The position numbers and the translations under genes are program-made. Below the pieces are notes generated by a model. The model was given only the letters and a program-made list of their open reading frames with translations, did not search any database and was not told where the DNA came from. From assembly GCA_030429495.1 (NCBI GenBank), contig JAUIFH010000012.1, positions 1,896 to 65,895 of the forward strand: a stretch of DNA of 64,000 nt, given 5' to 3'. Below are positions 47,193 through 56,692 of this stretch, one piece after another. How positions within the stretch are numbered: the stretch's first letter is position 1; the number at the start of each line of letters is the position of its first letter. Source of the stretch: Alphaproteobacteria bacterium. Its GTDB lineage: Bacteria; Pseudomonadota; Alphaproteobacteria; Rhodobacterales; Rhodobacteraceae.

Positions 47193-48818
47193 TCACAGGG
47201 CCTTGGCGATGGTCCGGAGTTCGAACTTCTGAACCTTGCCCGTCGATGTCTTTGGTAGTTCGGTGAACACGACGCGTTTCGGCGTCTTGAACCCCGCAAG
47301 GCGTTCGCGCACGAAGGCGATCAACTCGGCCTCGGTCACCGCGCCGCCGTCCTTCAGTTCCACGAAGGCGCAGGGCACCTCGCCCCACTTGTCATCCGGC
47401 TTGGCGACCACGGCGCAGAGCGATACTGCCGGATGGTGCATGATCGCACCTTCGACTTCCACCGACGACACGTTCTCGCCCCCCGATATGATGATGTCCT
47501 TCGCCCGGTCGGTGATCTTGATGTAGCCGTCGGGATGCTGGAAGGCGATGTCGCCAGAGCGGAAGTAGCCGCCACGAAACGCCTCCGCCGTCGCCTCCGG
47601 GTTGCGGTAATAGCCCTTCATCACCGAATTGCCCCGGATCGCGATCTCGCCCGTCGTCTGCCCGTCACGCGGCACGGGGGAGCCTTGGTCATCATGGACA
47701 AGGATGTCTTCCATGAAGGGCATGAGCACGCCTGTCCGCGCCTTGATCGCCGCCCGCTCCGACTGCGGCAGGCCGTCCCAGTCGCGGTGCCACAGGCATT
47801 CGGTGACGTGGCCATAGGTTTCGGTCAGGCCGTAGACCTGGGTGACGTGAAAGCCCAGCGGCTCGATCGCGGCGAGCGTCGCAGCCGGCGGCGGGGCGCC
47901 GGCGGTATAGACCTCCACGATATGGTCGAAGTCGCGCCGATCCGCGGCCCGGGCATTGATGATCGAATTCAGGACGATTGGTGCGCCACCGAAATGGGTG
48001 ACGCCCTCGTCGGCGATGGCGTCATAGATGTTCTTCGCGGTGATGTCGCGGCAGCAGACAAGCGTCCCTCCGACAGCCGGCAGCATCCACGTGTGGCACC
48101 AACCGTTGCAGTGAAAGAGCGGCACGATGGTCAGGTAGACGGGCCGGATCCCCACCGCCCAGCTCACTGCCGTGCCCATGGCAAGGAGATACGCGCCCCG
48201 GTGGTGGTAGACGACACCCTTGGGTCGCCCCGTCGTCCCCGACGTGTAGTTGAGCGCGAGGCTTTCCCATTCGTCCTGCGGCATCCGCCAGGGTGAAGCC
48301 GGGTCGCCCGAGGCAAGCAGTGCCTCGTAATCGGCGTGCCGCCCGCTGAGGGAATATCCGGCATGGTCGTCCGCGACCTCGATCAGTTCGGGCCCGGGGC
48401 CTTCCATCCGTGCGATCGCTTCCTCGGCCAGCGGGATCAGCGCGGCATCGACCAGGGCGATCTTCGCGCCGCCGTGGCCGAAGATATAGGCGATGGTGTC
48501 GGAATCGAGCCGCGTGTTGATCGCGTTCAGGATCGCGCCCGCCGCCGGGACGCCAAAATGCGCCTCTGCCTGCGCCGGTACGTTCGGCAGGAGTGTGGCG
48601 ACGACATCGCCCGGGTTCACGCCGCGCCGTGCCAGCGCGGAGGCCAGCCGGCTCACCCGCGCGTGGTAATCGCGATAGCTGCGCCGGACCGAGCCATAGA
48701 CCACCGCCGTTTGATCGGCGAAGACATCCACGGCGCGGACGAGAAAGGAGAGCGGTGTCAGCGGCACGAAATTCGCCGCGTTGCGTTCCAGCCCGGTTTC
48801 GTCAGCCATCCAGCCCAT
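47193..48818 (-). CDS. AMP-forming acyl-CoA synthetase (short/medium-chain)
   Basis: LNYTSGTTGRPKGV, YGLTE, PKTSTGK; start MGWMADE. Confidence 0.9.
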   Translation of the reverse strand: MGWMADETGLERNAANFVPLTPLSFLVRAVDVFADQTAVVYGSVRRSYRDYHARVSRLASALARRGVNPGDVVATLLPNVPAQAEAHFGVPAAGAILNAINTRLDSDTIAYIFGHGGAKIALVDAALIPLAEEAIARMEGPGPELIEVADDHAGYSLSGRHADYEALLASGDPASPWRMPQDEWESLALNYTSGTTGRPKGVVYHHRGAYLLAMGTAVSWAVGIRPVYLTIVPLFHCNGWCHTWMLPAVGGTLVCCRDITAKNIYDAIADEGVTHFGGAPIVLNSIINARAADRRDFDHIVEVYTAGAPPPAATLAAIEPLGFHVTQVYGLTETYGHVTECLWHRDWDGLPQSERAAIKARTGVLMPFMEDILVHDDQGSPVPRDGQTTGEIAIRGNSVMKGYYRNPEATAEAFRGGYFRSGDIAFQHPDGYIKITDRAKDIIISGGENVSSVEVEGAIMHHPAVSLCAVVAKPDDKWGEVPCAFVELKDGGAVTEAELIAFVRERLAGFKTPKRVVFTELPKTSTGKVQKFELRTIAKAL

Positions 48819-48912
48819 TTGGTCCTCCCCGACCGACCCATGTCGCTTCCTGACAGGAATATTGCGTCGCGCCGCGCTTCTTGGGAAGCAGGAAGCGACA
48901 TCCGGAGACAGC

Positions 48913-49842
48913 ATGACGACCACTGCAATGCCCGTGGCGGCGAACAGGACGACCGCCGCAGCGCTCCTGATTCTCGGATATGCCACGGTAATCGGTTTCA
49001 CCGACAACTACGTCCGCCTCATCGCGGCCGAGGCCGGGCTGTGGCAGTTCCATGCGGTGCGTTCTTTGATGGCGGTGGCGCTTCTGGGGGCCGCCGCGCC
49101 GCTGTTCGGGCTCAGGCTCCGCCCGCGCCGGCCGGGCGCTGTCGTGTTGCGAAGCATGTTGCACGGGACGGCGATGCTCATCTACTTCGGATGCCTCGCC
49201 TTCATGCCCGTGGCAATCGCCGCGGCCGGGCTTTTCACCGCGCCTGTCTTCACGCTGCTCATCTCGCGGTTCGCGTTCGGCGTGGCGATCGGACCGTTCC
49301 GCATCGTCGCGGTTCTCCTCGGATTCGCAGGCGTGATTCTCGTGCTGGGGCCGGGGCAGGGCGCGGCGGTTGGCCTGGCGACGGTCCTGCCAGTCGCCGC
49401 CGGCGCACTCTATGCGCTTGGCAACATCGCGACTCGCGCCTGGTGCGGCGGCGAAAGCGCCGAGACCCTGCTTGCCGGGTTCTTCGCTGCGCTGGGCTTC
49501 TTCGGTCTTGCCGGTATGGCGGCCCTGGCGCTCTGGCCGGCGGCTGTTGGCGCGGCGGCCGGGACGGAAGCCTTCATCCTTCGCGGCGCGGTCTGGCCGA
49601 CGGGCACCTTCCTGTTTTGGACCTTCGTTCAGGCCGCCGGCTCCCTGCTCGGGGTCGGATTGATGATCCGCGCCTACCAGATAGCCGAGGCAAGCCGCGT
49701 GGCGATCTTCGAATACGTGATCCTTCCGGCATCCGCCCTCTGGTCGTTCCTTCTCTGGAACGAGACGCTGGATGCGGGCGCCGTCGCCGGGATTGCGCTG
49801 ATCTTTGCCGCAGGGCTTATCATCGCGCTCAGGGGGCGCTAG
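48913..49842 (+). CDS. DMT (EamA) family transporter
   Basis: About 10 TM, two EamA repeats. Confidence 0.82.
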   Translation: MTTTAMPVAANRTTAAALLILGYATVIGFTDNYVRLIAAEAGLWQFHAVRSLMAVALLGAAAPLFGLRLRPRRPGAVVLRSMLHGTAMLIYFGCLAFMPVAIAAAGLFTAPVFTLLISRFAFGVAIGPFRIVAVLLGFAGVILVLGPGQGAAVGLATVLPVAAGALYALGNIATRAWCGGESAETLLAGFFAALGFFGLAGMAALALWPAAVGAAAGTEAFILRGAVWPTGTFLFWTFVQAAGSLLGVGLMIRAYQIAEASRVAIFEYVILPASALWSFLLWNETLDAGAVAGIALIFAAGLIIALRGR

Positions 49843-49852
49843 CCTCGCTGCC

Positions 49853-50509
49853 ATGATCCTCTCGCGCGGTCGCCGCTATATCTTCATCCATATCCCCAAG
49901 ACCGGCGGCACCGCGCTGACACTGGCGCTCGAGGCGCGGGCGATGAAGGACGACATCCTGATCGGCGACACGCCCAAGGCGAAGTCCCGCAAGCGGCGCC
50001 TCGCAGGCATCAAGACGCCCGGGCGGCTCTGGAAGCATTCGACGCTCGCCGATATCCGTGGCCTCGCCACGGACGAGGAGATCGCGTCGTTCTTCACGGT
50101 GACGCTGGTGCGCAATCCCTGGGACCGGATAGTCAGCTACTACCACTGGCTGCGTGCCCAGAGCTTCGCCCATCCAGCGGTGACACTGGCAAAGGCATCG
50201 GAGTTCAGCACGTTCCTCAATGCGCCCGAAACGCAGGCGAGCTTTGCGGCACATCCCTATGGAAGTTATATGGAAGCTGCCGAAGAGACTGAGCGCTGCG
50301 ACCTCTTCATCAGGCTGGAACAGTTCGACCGAGACGTGGTCCCGTTCGAGGATCATCTCGGCTTTCGGCTCGCGCCGCTTGCCGTCGAGAATGCGTCGGA
50401 TCGACCGCGTGACTGGCGGCCGATCTATTCGGCTGACGATGCTGAAACTGTCGCGAAGGTTTGCGCCGCCGATATCGCCCGGTTTGGTTACCGCTTCGAT
50501 CCCGACTAG
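49853..50509 (+). CDS. Sulfotransferase family 2 domain protein
   Basis: FIHIPKTGGT (5'-PSB) and VRNPWDRIVSYY (3'-PB) PAPS-binding motifs. Confidence 0.8.
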   Translation: MILSRGRRYIFIHIPKTGGTALTLALEARAMKDDILIGDTPKAKSRKRRLAGIKTPGRLWKHSTLADIRGLATDEEIASFFTVTLVRNPWDRIVSYYHWLRAQSFAHPAVTLAKASEFSTFLNAPETQASFAAHPYGSYMEAAEETERCDLFIRLEQFDRDVVPFEDHLGFRLAPLAVENASDRPRDWRPIYSADDAETVAKVCAADIARFGYRFDPD

Positions 50510-50513
50510 GGGC

Positions 50514-51407
50514 CTATCTCGTGAAGATCAGCGCGAGTCCTGCAACCGCCAGGGCTGCGCCTGCCCAGCTTTTGGTGCTCGGCCGCTGGCCGGTCCTGAG
50601 CCAGAGAAGCGGAAGGATGATCACCGGCGAGGTCGCCGAAAGTGTCGCGATAATGCCGGTCTGCGCGCCCTTGAGGGCATAGAGGAACAGCGTCATGCCC
50701 AAAAGCAGCCCGATCACCGCTGTCAACGCTGTCAGAAGAAGCGTCGCCGGGGTCACGGATTTCGGGCGCGGCGGCGCAAGGGGCAGGGTGGCGATGACAC
50801 CCATGACCAGCCCTGAGGCGCCGACCCGGATCAGGGATCCGAGATAGGGGTCGAGCCCGCCCTGCATGTAGGGCCGTGCAATGAGCGCGCCACTGGCCTG
50901 ACCGAGCGCGGCCAGGAGGCCGAAGGCGAGCCCCGCGCGCAGGCGGCCGCTTTGTTGTTCCAGCCGGTGCGCGGTCTGGGGCGGCCGGCCCATGATGGCC
51001 AGCGCCACGCCAGCGACCGTCACGCCGATGCCGAGCGCGGCCCGCCCACCGAGCGTTTCGCCGAGGGCGAGCCAGCCGAGCACAGCCGCCATCGGCGCGT
51101 TCAGCGCAAAGATCGCACCGGCGCGGCGTGGACCGAGCCGCCCCACGGCGGCAAAGTTCAGCGTGTCGCCGAGGAGAATGCCGACGACCCCGGATAGTGC
51201 AAGCAGCGCGATCCCCCGACCGTCGGGCAGTGCCGTCGCCCCCGACGCAAGGACCACGGCGCCGAGAAGCAGGGCCACAAGCGTCTGACGGATCAGGTTG
51301 AAGTGAAACGGTCCGAGCATCCGGATCGCATCGGAGGCAAGAATACCGGTCGTCGCCCAGCAGGTCGCGGTGCCAAGCGCCGCCAGTTCGTGAATCGGAA
51401 AAGCCAT
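50514..51407 (-). CDS. DMT (EamA) family transporter
   Basis: About 10 TM; GILLGDTLNF..LGPRR and LGETL motifs. Confidence 0.82.
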   Translation of the reverse strand: MAFPIHELAALGTATCWATTGILASDAIRMLGPFHFNLIRQTLVALLLGAVVLASGATALPDGRGIALLALSGVVGILLGDTLNFAAVGRLGPRRAGAIFALNAPMAAVLGWLALGETLGGRAALGIGVTVAGVALAIMGRPPQTAHRLEQQSGRLRAGLAFGLLAALGQASGALIARPYMQGGLDPYLGSLIRVGASGLVMGVIATLPLAPPRPKSVTPATLLLTALTAVIGLLLGMTLFLYALKGAQTGIIATLSATSPVIILPLLWLRTGQRPSTKSWAGAALAVAGLALIFTR

Positions 51408-51541
51408 GGCACCCCCCGCGTCGCAACTTGCATGCCGCCTGTGCGGCGGCAAGCCCTTCGTACGCCGTTGTTATCGGGGGATGCTTCGGCGGCGGTCGAA
51501 CTATGCGCGATTGGTGCGGTTTCGGCGCCGCCGGTCGGGCA

Positions 51542-51563
51542 GGCGGGGGGACGGCCCCCCGCC
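51542..51563 (-). terminator. Hairpin downstream of the beta-oxidation operon
   Basis: GGCGGGGGG-ACGG-CCCCCCGCC just past the stop at 51570. Confidence 0.5.
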
Positions 51564-51569
51564 CAGAGG

Positions 51570-53774
51570 TCAGGCTGCCTTGGCGGTTTGTGTGAAACGA
51601 CCGTAGAAGGTATCGCCCTGTGCGGCGAGGTCGCGAAGCAGCTTGGGCGCCGCGAAGCGCGGGCCGTGCCCGGCTTCGAGCCCGTCGCAGATTGCCACAG
51701 CCCGCTCGGCCCCGATGATGTCGAGCCACGAGAACGGCCCGCCCGACCAGGGCGCGAAGCCCCAGCCGAGGATCGCGCCGACATCGCCTTCGCGGATATC
51801 CTCCAACACGCCCTCTTGCAGCGCCCGGACGGCCTCCAGAACCTGCGCCATCATCAGCCGGTGCTGCACCTCATGCAGGTCGGGCTGCGCATCGGCCACG
51901 GGATATTCGGCCGAAAGACCGTCCCAAAGACCCGTCCGGCCGCCTTTTTCGTCGTAGGCGTAGAAACCGGCGCTCGATTTCCGGCCCAGACGCCCCTTGT
52001 CTGCCATCGCGAACAACACCTCATCCACGGCGCTATCCGGATAGGCATCGCCCATCGCCGCCTTCGTCGCCTTGGCGATCTTGACGCCAAGGTCGATGGA
52101 GGTCTCGTCCACCAGTTGCAGCGGCCCGAGCGGGAAGCCCAGAAGCTTCGCCGCGTTCTCGATCAGCGCCGGTTCCACCCCCTCGGACACCATGCGGATG
52201 CCCTCGTTGATGTAAGGGATGATGCAGCGGTTGGCGTAGAAGAACCGGGCGTCATTGACGACGATCGGCGTCTTCCTGATCTGGCGCACGAAGTCGAGCG
52301 CCTTGGCTACGGCCACGTCGCCGGTCTCTTTCCCCTTGATGATCTCAACCAGCATCATCTTGTCGACGGGCGAGAAGAAGTGGATGCCGATGAACTGCTC
52401 CGGCCGTTTCGAGGCTTTTGCGAGGTCCGAAATCGGTAGGGTCGAGGTGTTGGTGGCAAAGATTGCGTCCGAAGGGATCACCGCCTCGGTCTTCGCCGTT
52501 ACTTCGGCCTTGACCTTCATATCCTCGAACACCGCCTCGACGATCAGGTCACAGCCCTGAAGTGCGGCGTAGTCGGTTGTGGCATTGATCCGGCCCAGCA
52601 CTTCCGCCTTCTTCTCTGCCGTCACCTTGCCCCGTTTCATCCCCTTGTCGAGGATGCCCTCGGAGTAGGCCTTGCCCTTGTCGGCGGCTTCCTGTTTCGC
52701 GTCGATCAGCACGACCTCGATGCCCGCATTGGCCGAGACATAGGCAATGCCCGCGCCCATCATGCCCGCGCCAAGTACGCCGACCTTCGCGACCTTCTGG
52801 TCGGCGACATCGGGCCGGTTGGCACCCTTCTCCAGCGCCTCCTTGTTGATGAAGAGCGACCGGATCATCGCCGACGACGACGGGTTCATCAGAACATGCG
52901 TGAACCAGCGCGCCTCGATCCGGATCGCGGCGTCGAAGGGCACGAGCGCGCCCTCATAGACCGCGCCGAGAAGCGCTTTGGCGGCCGGGTAGACGCCTTG
53001 CGTCTTGCCATGCACCATCGCCGAGGCGCCGACGAAGGTCATGAAGCCCGCCGGGTGATAGGGTGCACCGCCGGGCATCTTATAGCCCTTGGCGTCCCAC
53101 GGCTTGACGATGTCGGTGTCCTTGGCCGCCAGCACCCATTCCCTGGCGCGCGACAAAAGCTCATCTGGCGCCACGACCTCGTCGATCAGCCCGGCCGCCT
53201 TGGCCTTCTTCGGGTCGGAGAGCTTGCCTTCCAGGAGGAACGGCGCCGCCGCCATCGCCCCCATCTTGCGCACGAGCCGCGTCGTGCCGCCCGCGCCGGG
53301 GAAGATGCCGACCATGATCTCCGGCAGGCCGATCTTGGCCTTGGGATTGTCGGCCGCGATGATCCGGTGGCAGGACAGCGGGATCTCGAACCCGATGCCG
53401 AGCGCGGTGCCGGGAAGCGCCGCCACGATCGGCTTGCCGCCCTTCAGCGTCTTCGGGTCCATGCCTGCGCGTTCGATCTTGCGCAGGATCGCATGCATGC
53501 CCATCACGCCCTCGAAAAGCCCCCGCGCCGGATCGTCGCCCGCGCTTTCCTTCATCTTCGCGATGATGTTGAGGTCCATCCCGCCGGCGAAGCTGCCTTC
53601 CTTGCCCGAGGTGATGATCACGCCCTTGACCTTGTTGTCCGCCAGTGCGGCGTCGATATGCGCCTCGAGGTCGAGGAAACCCTGCTGGTTCATCACGTTC
53701 ATCGACTTGCCCTGGGTGTCCCAGGTGATGGTCGCGACGCCGTCGGCATCCACGGAGTAGGTGAAGTCGGTCAT
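51570..53774 (-). CDS. Multifunctional enoyl-CoA hydratase / 3-hydroxyacyl-CoA dehydrogenase (FadB/FadJ-like)
   Basis: FAGGMDL, GLPEIMVGIFPGAGG, GAGMMGAGIA, EAVFED, HFFSP. Confidence 0.93.
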   Translation of the reverse strand: MTDFTYSVDADGVATITWDTQGKSMNVMNQQGFLDLEAHIDAALADNKVKGVIITSGKEGSFAGGMDLNIIAKMKESAGDDPARGLFEGVMGMHAILRKIERAGMDPKTLKGGKPIVAALPGTALGIGFEIPLSCHRIIAADNPKAKIGLPEIMVGIFPGAGGTTRLVRKMGAMAAAPFLLEGKLSDPKKAKAAGLIDEVVAPDELLSRAREWVLAAKDTDIVKPWDAKGYKMPGGAPYHPAGFMTFVGASAMVHGKTQGVYPAAKALLGAVYEGALVPFDAAIRIEARWFTHVLMNPSSSAMIRSLFINKEALEKGANRPDVADQKVAKVGVLGAGMMGAGIAYVSANAGIEVVLIDAKQEAADKGKAYSEGILDKGMKRGKVTAEKKAEVLGRINATTDYAALQGCDLIVEAVFEDMKVKAEVTAKTEAVIPSDAIFATNTSTLPISDLAKASKRPEQFIGIHFFSPVDKMMLVEIIKGKETGDVAVAKALDFVRQIRKTPIVVNDARFFYANRCIIPYINEGIRMVSEGVEPALIENAAKLLGFPLGPLQLVDETSIDLGVKIAKATKAAMGDAYPDSAVDEVLFAMADKGRLGRKSSAGFYAYDEKGGRTGLWDGLSAEYPVADAQPDLHEVQHRLMMAQVLEAVRALQEGVLEDIREGDVGAILGWGFAPWSGGPFSWLDIIGAERAVAICDGLEAGHGPRFAAPKLLRDLAAQGDTFYGRFTQTAKAA

Positions 53775-54244
53775 GCTTTGTCTCCCTGATAGGGTGTGCC
53801 GTCCTTGTGGGTGAAGCTGGCCTTGCCATCCTTCAGTTCCACTTCCAGATCGACATCGGAATAGGTGGCTTTTTCGGGGTTCATGCGGGAGCCCACGACG
53901 AGGAACCGCGCCGCCGCCCCGCTCTTGTTGATGAAGTGATGGCCGTTCGGGTCGCCCGCCGGAAAGGCGGCACAGTCGCCGGGGCGCATCACGGTTTCGC
54001 CCTCGTCCTGAACCAGAACGCATTCGCCCTCGGTCACCATGACGAATTCATCCTCGCGGTGATGCCAGTGGCGAAGCGAGGACTTTGCGCCAGGCTGGAG
54101 GATCACCTCGTTCGCGCCGAACTGCGTCAGCCCGCCCGCATCGCCGAGGCGGAGCGAGGAGCGCCCGGCCATCTCGCTGGCATAGGGCGCGGGATAGATC
54201 GAGCCGGTGCGCGGCGTGATCTTTGATTTGTCGATGACGGGCAT
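53771..54244 (-). CDS. Cupin-domain protein
   Basis: SSLRHWHHREDEF and GDPNGHH cupin motifs. Confidence 0.85.
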   Translation of the reverse strand: MPVIDKSKITPRTGSIYPAPYASEMAGRSSLRLGDAGGLTQFGANEVILQPGAKSSLRHWHHREDEFVMVTEGECVLVQDEGETVMRPGDCAAFPAGDPNGHHFINKSGAAARFLVVGSRMNPEKATYSDVDLEVELKDGKASFTHKDGTPYQGDKA

Positions 54245-55455
54245 CACACCCTCTCGATGATCGTCGCGGCACCCATACCGCTCGCGATGCAGAGCGTGGC
54301 AAGGCCGGTGCCCTTGCCGGTCCGCTCAAGCTCGTCGAGCAGCGTGCCGATGATGATCGCGCCGGTGGCGCCAAGGGGGTGGCCCATCGCGATCGAGCCG
54401 CCGTTGACGTTGACCCTGGAATTGTCGACGTCGAAGGCCTGCATGAAGCGCAGGACGACGCTCGCGAAGGCTTCGTTGACCTCGAAAAGGTCGATGTCGG
54501 AGATCGACATGCCGCTGTCCTTCAGGATCTTCTCTGTCACCGGCACCGGGCCGGTCAGCATGATCGTCGGATCGGTGCCGATCTTCGCGGTCGCGCGGAT
54601 GCGGGCGCGGGGCTTCAGGCCATGGGCCTCGCCGAATTCCTTGTTGCCGATCAGGACGGCAGCCGCGCCATCCACGATGCCGGAGGAATTGCCCGCATGG
54701 TGGATATGGTTGATCCGCTCCAGATGCGGGTATTTCATCAGCGCGACCTTGTCGAAGCCGGGCATCACCTCGCCCATATCCTTGAAGCTTGCCTTGAGCG
54801 CGCCCAGCGTCTGCATGTCCGTGCCGGGGCGCATGTATTCGTCATGGTCAAGGATCGGCAGCCCGTTCTGGTCGCGGATCGTCACGATGGACTTCGCGAA
54901 ACGATTGTCCTTCCAGGCCGCTGCAGCGCGGTTCTGGGACTCGACCGCAAGCGCGTCGGCATCGTCGCGGGAAAAGCCGTATTCGGTCGCGATGATATCG
55001 GCGGAAATGCCCTGCGGCACGAAATAGGTCTTCATCGCAAGCGTCGGATCGACGGCGATTGCCGCCCCGTCGGACCCCATCGCAACGCGACCCATCATCT
55101 CCACCCCGCCTGCGATGTAGGCATTGCCTGCGCCGCCCCTGACCTGGTTGGCGGCAAGGTTCACGGCCTCCATGCCGGAGGCGCAGAAGCGGTTGATGGC
55201 AAGGCCGGGGATGCGTTCGTCGAGATCGGACATCAGCACGGCCGAACGGGCAAGACAGCCGCCCTGTTCACCGACCTGAGTGACGTTGCCCCAGATCACA
55301 TCCTCAACCGCATGGCCTTCGAGGTTGTTGCGGTCCTTCACCGCGTTCAGGAGCTTGGCCGACAGCGACACGGAGGTTACTTCGTGCAGCGCGCCGTCGG
55401 GGCGCCCCTTGCCGCGCGGCGAGCGGACGGCGTCGTAGATATAGGCTTCGGTCAT
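54244..55455 (-). CDS. Acetyl-CoA C-acyltransferase (thiolase)
   Basis: NRFCASG, NEAF, GHPLGATG, LCIASGMG. Confidence 0.95.
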   Translation of the reverse strand: MTEAYIYDAVRSPRGKGRPDGALHEVTSVSLSAKLLNAVKDRNNLEGHAVEDVIWGNVTQVGEQGGCLARSAVLMSDLDERIPGLAINRFCASGMEAVNLAANQVRGGAGNAYIAGGVEMMGRVAMGSDGAAIAVDPTLAMKTYFVPQGISADIIATEYGFSRDDADALAVESQNRAAAAWKDNRFAKSIVTIRDQNGLPILDHDEYMRPGTDMQTLGALKASFKDMGEVMPGFDKVALMKYPHLERINHIHHAGNSSGIVDGAAAVLIGNKEFGEAHGLKPRARIRATAKIGTDPTIMLTGPVPVTEKILKDSGMSISDIDLFEVNEAFASVVLRFMQAFDVDNSRVNVNGGSIAMGHPLGATGAIIIGTLLDELERTGKGTGLATLCIASGMGAATIIERV

Positions 55456-55467
55456 CATATCCTCCGG

Positions 55468-56106
55468 TCAGTTCTTCGCCCGGTCAGAGGGGTTGCCGGG
55501 CATCAGGTCATAGGGGTGTTTCCAACCGGGCAGGGCAGCGATGCCGCCCAGCCAGCGGTCGATTTCGGGCCAGTCCTTGCGGTCGAAACCGAAGGGCTCG
55601 GGGTAGTAGAGGTAGCCGCAGCAGGAGATGTCGGCGATAGAAGGCTCGTTGCCCACCACCCAGTCGCGGCCCTTCAGATGTGCTTCGAGCGTCGCGTAGG
55701 CGTTCCTGAGGCGCGCCTGCATGAAGGCGATGACCTCTTTCGGGCGCTTGTCCTCGGGCAGGAAGTTCATCAGGAAGCGCGTCATGCCAACCTGGCTGGA
55801 CATCTTGTGATTGTCCCACAGGATCCAGCGCAGGACTTCATCCGCCTCGTGAGGCGCGCCGCCGAGTTTTCCCGACCGCTTGACGACGTGATACATGATC
55901 GCGCCTGATTGGCTCAGCACCGTGCCGTCTTCCTCGAAGACGGGGGCCTCGCCCATCACATTGAGCTTGCGGAACTCGGGTGTGCGGGTCGCGCCATTGA
56001 AGAAGTCGACGAAGACGGGTTCCCAGTCATAGCCGGAAAGTTCCAGCGCCAGCGCCGCCTTGTAGGCGTTGCCGCTTTCGCCGAAGCAATGGAGTTTCGC
56101 CGTCAT
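55468..56106 (-). CDS. Glutathione S-transferase family protein
   Basis: SGNAYK, NVMGEAPV, LSQSGAI, SIADI. Confidence 0.9.
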   Translation of the reverse strand: MTAKLHCFGESGNAYKAALALELSGYDWEPVFVDFFNGATRTPEFRKLNVMGEAPVFEEDGTVLSQSGAIMYHVVKRSGKLGGAPHEADEVLRWILWDNHKMSSQVGMTRFLMNFLPEDKRPKEVIAFMQARLRNAYATLEAHLKGRDWVVGNEPSIADISCCGYLYYPEPFGFDRKDWPEIDRWLGGIAALPGWKHPYDLMPGNPSDRAKN

Positions 56107-56120
56107 GCCGCGCTCCCGTG

Positions 56121-56400
56121 GATGGCGGAGGCAGTGGGGGCTTCGCGCCCCGTCGCCATTGGCGCTCGAACCAATGGCGCGCCCAATGGCGACCCCGCGG
56201 AGTATTTCGGCCAAGAAGAACAAGGGTTTGTTAACCAGAATCGAGCGACCCTCATGGGGCGGTACAGGCAGGAGTGTCGATGACCGCCCAAGGAGAAGTC
56301 GCTCCGGATCTGACGAGAAGCACCCCGCGTTCGAGGGCCGGCGTCAGACCCGGGGCGCATCTTCTGCTTCTTCTTGGCACAAATACTCAATTCCGCCATC
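56121..56400. repeat. Nested inverted-repeat element (REP/REPIN or MITE-like)
   Basis: GAGTATTTCGGCCAAGAAGAA (56200-56220) and its inverse at 56368-56388 match 19/21; outer pair GATGGCGGA/TCCGCCATC; hairpin GTCGCCATTGG/CCAATGGCGAC. Confidence 0.65.
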
Positions 56401-56408
56401 TCCCCATC

Positions 56409-56621
56409 TCACGCCTTGCGGTCTTCAAGCTCGGCCTTGAAGAGCCTGAGCCGGTGGCTGAGATTGTCCGCGTCCGTAATGCTTCCGAAATGCTCGAACA
56501 CGAAGCTCAGTGCTTCGTCCGGCGTGATCCCGGCCTCTATCGCGAAACGGTTCAGCACGCGGTAGGCGTCGTTCGTCATCGCGGCGGGGAAGCGTCGGGT
56601 CAGGCGCAGGCGTTTGGGCAT
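56409..56621 (-). CDS. 70-aa hypothetical protein, possibly ribbon-helix-helix
   Basis: GGAGGAG RBS, MPKRLRLTRRFPAAMTNDAYRVL...; C-terminal part of ORF 56409-56882. Confidence 0.7.
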   Translation of the reverse strand: MPKRLRLTRRFPAAMTNDAYRVLNRFAIEAGITPDEALSFVFEHFGSITDADNLSHRLRLFKAELEDRKA

Positions 56622-56641
56622 TTCTCCTCCGGTGTTGGGTC

Positions 56642-56664
56642 GGCCCCCGCCTCGGGCGGGGGCC
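56642..56664. terminator. GC hairpin after the acyl-CoA dehydrogenase
   Basis: GGCCCCCGCC-TCG-GGCGGGGGCC. Confidence 0.45.
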
Positions 56665-56692
56665 TTTCCGTGAGTGTCTCCTCCCGAAGACC

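Noticed and set aside
51570..54023. N-terminal extension of the FadB-like ORF overlapping the cupin gene
   Set aside because: The true start MTDFTY at 53774 has an RBS and an ATGA overlap; the extension is an alternative frame of the cupin gene.
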